A DNA stretch of 64,000 nucleotides from Chloroflexota bacterium. Its GTDB lineage: Bacteria > Chloroflexota > UBA11872 > VXOZ01. The DNA lies in assembly GCA_964291655.2 (NCBI GenBank), contig OZ219801.1, positions 640,001 through 704,000 of the forward strand, given 5' to 3'. The stretch's first letter is position 1; each line of letters opens with the position of its first letter. The translations under genes were made by a program, and so were the position numbers. The notes under the pieces are model-generated. The model made no database searches. It was not told the DNA's origin and worked only from the letters and a program-made list of their open reading frames with translations. Positions 57,769-64,000 of the stretch are shown one piece after another.

Positions 57769-58046
57769 CGCAGCTCGCATGCCGAGAATTCACTTGGTTA
57801 TTCACGCGGAAAGTAGGCCTGCCGCAGGTGTGCCAAAACACGCTACTGCGAAGCCTGCCGCTTGCCAAAGAAAATACGCAGCTTAGGCACGCCGCGCGCA
57901 GGCCTCGAGAACTAGCCTCTTCCCAGATGCCAGAAATCTTAAAGGCTTACTGGACGTGGGTAAGAAAAGGCCGTGACAACCTGGGTTGAACTAAGTCATC
58001 GCCCGGACGGGCAACTCAAGGGGGCTGCGTCAACCGAATTGCAGGC

Positions 58047-58451
58047 TCAGGCGCTACAGGGTATGACCTGAACTGCTACCGAGCGTCGTGGGCGGGGGCC
58101 GTCAAGCTCTACGAAGAAGACGCTCTGCCAGGTTCCCAGGACAAGGCGGCCTTCATGAACCGGAATCATAAGGTTGCCGCCAACGATACCGGCCGTGAGG
58201 TGTGACCGGGCATTATTGTCCACGCAGTCATGCCGATACTGCGCTTGGGGCAGCAAATCCCGCACGACCGCCTCAAAGTCTCGCTTGAGACCGGGTTCGT
58301 TTTCGTTGACAAGCATACATGCGGTTGTATGCAAACAGAAGACGCTGCAAATACCTTCTTCAATGCCGGATTCCGTCACGGCGTCATGAAGGTCACTGGT
58401 GATATCCAGCAACTCAGTGGGTTGCGCGGACGCAAGAGTTATCGTCTTCAT
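58047..58451 (-). CDS. yjbQ: YjbQ/UPF0047 family protein
   Basis: HTTA...NENE, NARSH, LGTWQ..F.ELDGPR. Confidence 0.9.
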   Translation of the reverse strand: MKTITLASAQPTELLDITSDLHDAVTESGIEEGICSVFCLHTTACMLVNENEPGLKRDFEAVVRDLLPQAQYRHDCVDNNARSHLTAGIVGGNLMIPVHEGRLVLGTWQSVFFVELDGPRPRRSVAVQVIPCSA

Positions 58452-58737
58452 AGCTCTAATTTCACGATACCACACGACTCTGAAATGAGACAAAGACGCA
58501 CGGGACAGACAATCTCTGCTCCACCAGACCTACAACCATTGGTCTTCCGCCGCCCACTTGCCGTTCTTCCACACTTACAAATGCAATCCGGCAGCGCCAT
58601 TGCTCTACCCACAGAAACGCTACCACCGAGCCTCCGCTGCCGTGGTCTTGACCTGACGCCTTTTCAAGCGAAAACACACATGTGGCAACACTTTAGTAAC
58701 GCTGTGTCACAGCACGCTACGAGCGTGCCCGACAGAT

Positions 58738-61700
58738 TCAAGGCGGTCCGGCCCCAGCAGTATTCAATCCCTCTCCAGTACTCGTGGGTTTCCGGCTAGT
58801 AGTGTACACGATGGCGCACAAGGCCGCCGTTAGCCAAAACCAGCTCGCCAAGTCCGGCAAGAAATAGTAGTTGTCCAACATGCCGTGGGTTACTGCCGCG
58901 AGTTGGCTCCCGGCCAAGCCCACACCAAGGGCGCGTACTTCCTTTTCCCGGCTGGTATACGCAATGCGGTGTGTGAGCATGAAGAAGAGCGCAAGAAAGC
59001 CAACGATGAAGACGACTCCCACTATCCCTAGGCGCAGCCAGAAGTCAAGGAAGAGATTGTGCGGGTGCGACAAATTCGGCTCACGCCAGGCAGCCGGGTT
59101 CAAGTACTGCGCGTGGACATAGAGGTAGTTATCCAGACCTACACCGGTGATCGGGTAGTCCGCGATCATCTGCAGGGATGACTGCCCATTAACGATTCGC
59201 ATGTGCGTCGTTGTGCCTGGCTCGACACTTAGTACCGACCGCACCCGCTCCGGGCCAAAGTTGACGCCACCGGCTAACAGCAGCACCGCGACGAGGATTA
59301 CACCACCGAGGAAACGAACCCGTTGTCGGCGTTCCGGCAAGAGCACCCAAATGAAGAACAGCAAGAGTATAAGCCCGGCTATCCATCCGGCACGCGAGAA
59401 GCTGCCCAGCAACGCCACCGCGAGCACACCCGCGAGCGGCCAAGCCACACGGGAGGGCCAAAGCTTGAACATGCCGGCAGCGACCACAAACGGCAGCGCC
59501 CGTTCGACTATCATCGCTAGGTGATTGGGCGAGGGATAGAATCCCGAGAGCCGAATCACGCCTTCTGCCTGCACCGCAGCATTGGGGTCGACGATGGGCT
59601 CTGCCAGCGCCACTGCCGCCGCCACGGCCGCGCCCGCCACAAACGCCTGTATCAACCGCCACGCCTGCTGCCGGTTTTTGAGCAGCCAGCTTGCGATCAA
59701 GAACAATAGCACCGGCACAACTATCGTTTGGCGCAACTCGCGCAAACTAAAGACCCCATAGTGGGAAAACAGGAGCGACACCGCGCCGATCACGAGCAAA
59801 CCGACAGCCCACCAGGTAAAGACGCGCCTTTCAACAACCAAGCGCTGCCTCACGAACGTATGCACCAGCAGCGACCCAACGAGCAGCGCCGCCAGAATCT
59901 CATTGACGGGCAACGCGAGGCGACCGGCGGCGGGCGTCAAAACGGAAAAGGGCAGTGTTGCTGCCACAACGAATAAGAGTGCACGGGGCCACACCAGCGC
60001 AGCAAGGCCAAGCAAGGCCACAAGCAAATACTGCGCCGCCGCTCCCGGCACAATCCACAGCAGACCCGCCACCGCCAGCAACAACCCGAATCGAGCCGTC
60101 TCATGCTGCCATATGCCACTGGCAGTCCGTTCCATGATCTTGCCGAGAAGCTCGCTAGGCTGACGCCGTTGCCGCAGCCATCCGGTAAGAATCCAGCCGA
60201 TTGCAGCAAGAAATCCCGCGTACAGCCCGCCTACAAGTACATAGGGCCACAATGGGCGTTCGCGCACGACGACTATTGCATCGATGTCCACCCCAATGTC
60301 GCTCGACTGTAGGTTGCGCCGGCCCGTGACTTCGATCTCAACAAGGTGCTCGCGATCCGGGAGTCGATCTGCCAGCAGCACTTCTTCTTCCCAGCGGTCT
60401 TCAGGAGCATAGAGGTCCAGCATGGCCTGACCGCCCGCGTCCTTGTCCAGGCGGTGGGCAAGAGACTGCGAGCCGTTGATGCGCACTAATGCAATGCCCT
60501 TGTCCGGCCCTTTGAGGACTACCAGGGAGACTGCCGTGCCATGAAAGCGAAAGCGCAGGCGGGCGCCCGCCTGCGGGCTGCCCCGCGCCTGATCCAACGA
60601 GTATGTTTCATTGGCGATGTCAATCCACTCGCCCTCCCAGGCGAGCGCGGGATGCTTCTCCTGATGGTAGCCCGGCCCGAGTACGGGCGGCGCGCGCATC
60701 AAATCCCGCATGGCCGCAAGCACCGGGCGCTGAGTGAATTCCTTATCCACGATGCCGAAGTATTGCGTGGGGTCATCGGGGTGGGCTTGGGGCCAGTAGA
60801 AGTGCCAGAGATTTATCATCGGCAGCCACGGCCACTCGCGTTGCGCGCGCTGCATGCCCTCCACCGTGTAGCGTGCCTGTGTCTCTTCCGAGACATTGCC
60901 CCAAGGCGAAGGACTGCCCTGCCAGTCCGTTGGCAGCGCGACCCACCCGTATTCTCCGGCCCAGATGGGTTTGGACGCGTCGCCGTTTCGCACCATCACT
61001 TCCCGTACCAACACCGCCCGCGCCATGTTCGTGCGGTGCCGCGCTATGTAGCGGTCATCCGGGCCGTGCCACAAGCCGTAGGACGCCGTGCTGACCACGT
61101 CGAAGTACGGCGCGCCGCCGTGCGCATAGATGCCTTCGAGAAAGAACAGCTCACTGAGGTTCTTGGGACCGGTCTCAGTCGTTGGCGCCAGCACGGCGGC
61201 AACGATGATCGCCTCCGGATTCGCCTGCCGGATACGCTGCGAGGCCACTTTGAGCATCGCCACGTAGGCCGCCGGATCGGGATTGTGCGGCCACCATTCG
61301 CCATGGAGATTGGGTTCATTCCAGATTTGGAATATTTGCACGTCCCCGCGGTACCGCTGGGCAAACGCATATGCAAAGTCTCCATAGTCCTCAAGCCGTG
61401 CCGGTGGGCCCTGTTGACGCCCGTCGTCCGGCGGCTTCCCATCTGGATATGCCCAAGGCGGCGGCCGTTCGAGACGCGCGATGATTGTCAGGTTGTGTTG
61501 CTTCGCCAGCGCGACCAGTCGGTCGTACTTCTGCCAGGTACTTTCCTCGGCTAGGTCGTTCCAGTACCTTCCCTTCCACGGACGCTCGATGTCCTCCCAG
61601 GCAATGACCTGCCGGATGTAGCGAAATCCCGCTTCTTCCAATAACGCCATGCCGCGCTCGATTCGTTCCCAATCCGGGTCTTGATCGAAACGCGTATTGA

Positions 61701-61854
61701 TGCCGTAGCGATACACCGCGGCGTGGCGGATGGGGTGCACAGATTCGCGTCCGTAGGCGACGCCGGTTTCAAACCAGAAGCGGTAGCCGACCAAGGCCAG
61801 CGTCGCGGCGCAGAGCACAAGAAGACAACCAACAAAGAGGAGTAGTCGCACCAC
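58738..61854 (-). CDS. Fusion of a clan GH-A glycoside hydrolase, a beta-sandwich domain and an O-antigen ligase (Wzy_C) domain
   Basis: IWNEPN and IWAGEYGW; G..PSPNHL, SFSRAGW, R......A/S..M..D.P..GVG..NY, HPHNLFL. Confidence 0.85.
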   Translation of the reverse strand: MVRLLLFVGCLLVLCAATLALVGYRFWFETGVAYGRESVHPIRHAAVYRYGINTRFDQDPDWERIERGMALLEEAGFRYIRQVIAWEDIERPWKGRYWNDLAEESTWQKYDRLVALAKQHNLTIIARLERPPPWAYPDGKPPDDGRQQGPPARLEDYGDFAYAFAQRYRGDVQIFQIWNEPNLHGEWWPHNPDPAAYVAMLKVASQRIRQANPEAIIVAAVLAPTTETGPKNLSELFFLEGIYAHGGAPYFDVVSTASYGLWHGPDDRYIARHRTNMARAVLVREVMVRNGDASKPIWAGEYGWVALPTDWQGSPSPWGNVSEETQARYTVEGMQRAQREWPWLPMINLWHFYWPQAHPDDPTQYFGIVDKEFTQRPVLAAMRDLMRAPPVLGPGYHQEKHPALAWEGEWIDIANETYSLDQARGSPQAGARLRFRFHGTAVSLVVLKGPDKGIALVRINGSQSLAHRLDKDAGGQAMLDLYAPEDRWEEEVLLADRLPDREHLVEIEVTGRRNLQSSDIGVDIDAIVVVRERPLWPYVLVGGLYAGFLAAIGWILTGWLRQRRQPSELLGKIMERTASGIWQHETARFGLLLAVAGLLWIVPGAAAQYLLVALLGLAALVWPRALLFVVAATLPFSVLTPAAGRLALPVNEILAALLVGSLLVHTFVRQRLVVERRVFTWWAVGLLVIGAVSLLFSHYGVFSLRELRQTIVVPVLLFLIASWLLKNRQQAWRLIQAFVAGAAVAAAVALAEPIVDPNAAVQAEGVIRLSGFYPSPNHLAMIVERALPFVVAAGMFKLWPSRVAWPLAGVLAVALLGSFSRAGWIAGLILLLFFIWVLLPERRQRVRFLGGVILVAVLLLAGGVNFGPERVRSVLSVEPGTTTHMRIVNGQSSLQMIADYPITGVGLDNYLYVHAQYLNPAAWREPNLSHPHNLFLDFWLRLGIVGVVFIVGFLALFFMLTHRIAYTSREKEVRALGVGLAGSQLAAVTHGMLDNYYFLPDLASWFWLTAALCAIVYTTSRKPTSTGEGLNTAGAGPP

Positions 61855-62112
61855 TGTAGGAAAAGTCTCTCCAGGGAAGCACTATCTAAGCGCGTGGCGA
61901 CCAATCGGGATCACATTTAAGCAGAGTTTAGCAGTAACGCCGCTAACGCGTACTTGCTGCCTAGGACTGCCGCGAGTCAGTTGGGACGCTGGGTGGGGTC
62001 TCGTGCCCGGGCGGGAAAGCTTCAGGTCAGGCGGAGAAGGTGAGGGAGCAGTTGGCCCGCAGCCGCTTCCAGGCACAAGTCTTGCGGCAGGAATCTGTCC
62101 GAAGGAAGCCTC

Positions 62113-63255
62113 TTACCCCACCGCAAGCAGCTCTTCCTGGGCCGGATTGAGGACACGGTCTATGCGACCCCCGCCAATCACTTCATCATCTTGATAGAAT
62201 ACCGTGGCCTGGCCGGGAGCAACCGCGCGAATCGGGCGGGCAAACACAACCTCCGCTGCACCATTACCCGCCGGCTCTACAATTGCTTCCACCTCTTCCA
62301 TACGGTACCGCGTGCGCACGTTCACACGAATTGGCTCTGTCGGAGGCGAGCCCGCCACCCAGTGCACGTCAATCGCCTGCAGGGCATGCGCGTAGAGGTC
62401 TTCCTCTTCACCGACGAAAACGGTGTTTGCTTCCGGGTCCAATGCAATCACGTACAACGGACGCGGCCACGTCAAGCCAAGGCCCCGGCGCTGTCCGACC
62501 GTATAGTTGACAGTGCCGTCATGTGCGCCTAGTACCTGTCCATCCTTAAAGCAGATCGGCCCGGAGCGGGCGATGCCTGGCTGCCAAGACTCCAGGAAAT
62601 CGCGATAGTTGTCGTTGGTCACAAAGCAAATCTCATAGCTATCCGGCTTGTCCGCCACGTGCAGACCGAACCGCCGCGCCAAGTCGCGAGTCTCAGTCTT
62701 TGTCTGGGTCCCCATGGGGAAGAGCGTTCGCGCCAGTTGTTGCTGGCCCAGCATATAAAGCACGTAGGACTGGTCTTTCTGTGGGTCCAACGCGCGATGC
62801 AGGCGATAGCGCCTGGACTCGGCATCTCGCTCAATGCGCGCGTAGTGGCCGGTGGCAAGATAGTCGGCGTCGAGCTCCTGCGCCCGCTTGAGAAAGGCCG
62901 CAAATTTGACGAACTGATTGCAGTCGACGCAGGGGTTCGGCGTGCGGCCGCTGGCGTAAGAAGCGACAAACCGCGCCATGACTTCCTTCGCGAAGATCTC
63001 GCGGAAGTTGAGTGAATAGTGCGGGATGCCGATCCGGTCCGCCACGCGCTGGGCGTCATGGGTGGCGCTCAATGAACAGCACGCGTGCAGGCGGGTATCC
63101 ACCATGCCCTTCTGCCAGACATTGAGCGTGATGCCAATCACCTCATGTCCCTGCTCGGCAAGCATGGCGGCCACCACAGAAGAATCAACGCCGCCGGACA
63201 TCGCGACGACGATGCGCAGCGGCTCTTTGGTTCGGGAATTCTCGTCAGGAAACAT
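62113..63255 (-). CDS. mnmA: tRNA 2-thiouridine(34) synthase
   Basis: AMSGGVDS, TPNPCVDCN, ATGHYA, KDQSY, TVGQRRG, PGQ. Confidence 0.96.
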   Translation of the reverse strand: MFPDENSRTKEPLRIVVAMSGGVDSSVVAAMLAEQGHEVIGITLNVWQKGMVDTRLHACCSLSATHDAQRVADRIGIPHYSLNFREIFAKEVMARFVASYASGRTPNPCVDCNQFVKFAAFLKRAQELDADYLATGHYARIERDAESRRYRLHRALDPQKDQSYVLYMLGQQQLARTLFPMGTQTKTETRDLARRFGLHVADKPDSYEICFVTNDNYRDFLESWQPGIARSGPICFKDGQVLGAHDGTVNYTVGQRRGLGLTWPRPLYVIALDPEANTVFVGEEEDLYAHALQAIDVHWVAGSPPTEPIRVNVRTRYRMEEVEAIVEPAGNGAAEVVFARPIRAVAPGQATVFYQDDEVIGGGRIDRVLNPAQEELLAVG

Positions 63256-63396
63256 AGCCCTCTAAGTTTAGCACAAATCTCTCCCTCCACCTTGGAAATC
63301 CCCGCAAAACCAATGCCGACAAGCTAAGGGTCTCCCCCTCCCATGGAGACACTTGCACTACCAAGGCCGACTAGCTAGAGGACCCCCTCTCCCTGG

Positions 63397-63535
63397 GAGC
63401 TTGTCTCAAGAGTTCACTGCTCAAAGTAGACTTACCCTTCGACAGGCTCAGGGCGAACGGCAAAGGCAAATCTCGTTCGTGCTGAGCCTGTCGAAGCACA
63501 GTTTTGCTTATCGAGTCGACTTATGAGACAGCCTC
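63397..63535. mobile_element. MITE-like element with GAGGCTGTCTCA-type TIRs and 4-bp TSD CTGG
   Basis: Left GAGCTTGTCTCAAGAGT, reverse-complemented right GAGGCTGTCTCATAAGT; CTGG at 63393-63396 and 63536-63539; carries family B palindromes. Confidence 0.7.
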
Positions 63536-63718
63536 CTGGGGGAGAGGGTCAGGGTGAGGGGAAGACGGCGTCGACCAAGCCTATTGCTAACAGTCAGGCA
63601 CAGTTGCACAGGGCTCTCGTTCGATCGAGGGCGGTGTGATTGGTAGCCTGCGACGCATACGCTATACTGGGAGCAGCGAGAGCCGCGCACCCATTACACG
63701 ACAACCAGCACGCAGCGC

Positions 63719-64000
63719 ATGACATTAGACGTCCCGATACGTGTTCGCTATGCCGAAACCGACGCCATGGGGGTGGCGTACCATGGGCATTATTTCACGT
63801 GGTTCGAAGTCGCGAGGGTAGAGCTCATGCGCGCGTTGGGTTTGCGCTATCGAGACCTTGAAGCGGAGGGGATCTACCTGCCGGTTGTGGAGTGTCGAGC
63901 GCGATTTCTTGCCGCCGCCCGCTACGACGCTCCCTTGCAGGTGCGCACGGCGCTCATGGCGGCAACGCGCGCCCGGATCGTGTTCGGCTACCTCGTGCGG
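63719..64000 (+). CDS. Hotdog-fold acyl-CoA thioesterase (YbgC/FadM family), truncated by the window edge
   Basis: Manual translation MTLDVPIRVRYAETDAMGVAYHGHYFTWFEVAR. Confidence 0.9.
   Translation, partial: MTLDVPIRVRYAETDAMGVAYHGHYFTWFEVARVELMRALGLRYRDLEAEGIYLPVVECRARFLAAARYDAPLQVRTALMAATRARIVFGYLVR

Overview
A GC-rich bacterial chromosomal window. The gene repertoire suggests Chloroflexota, possibly a host-associated lineage, but that is inference only. About 55 CDSs are supported. 1-18 kb is a catabolic/transport block (two sulfatases, a glycoside-hydrolase-like TIM barrel, two DHDPS-family lyases, a PLP aldolase, an M20 hydrolase, a PHP metallohydrolase and orphan substrate-binding lipoproteins). 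Recognisable housekeeping loci are selB, an A-type Fe-S carrier, a long Alu-type SRP RNA upstream of dnaX, tRNA-Arg(UCU), dinB, rpsU, gmd, aroF, aroA and mnmA, plus a TPP riboswitch ahead of a CytX-like permease. Intergenic DNA is dense with several families of short palindromic repeats and non-autonomous MITE-like elements. No transposase, integrase, prophage or CRISPR array was seen. Most notable observations: (1) an unannotated 19-aa Tyr-Tyr-Tyr-Leu-Phe leader peptide with alternative antiterminator/terminator helices ahead of aroF-ahpD-like-aroA; (2) a three-level nested MITE with target-site duplications at every level, and several MITE families targeting the same palindrome; (3) a REP-like palindrome translated in frame inside a degenerate CinA-domain gene; (4) a glycoside hydrolase/O-antigen-ligase fusion near a GT-C-like membrane protein; (5) a low-GC KAP NTPase islet with a possible ATC start; (6) a DUF5678-like/aspartic protease pair separated by a single in-frame TGA.
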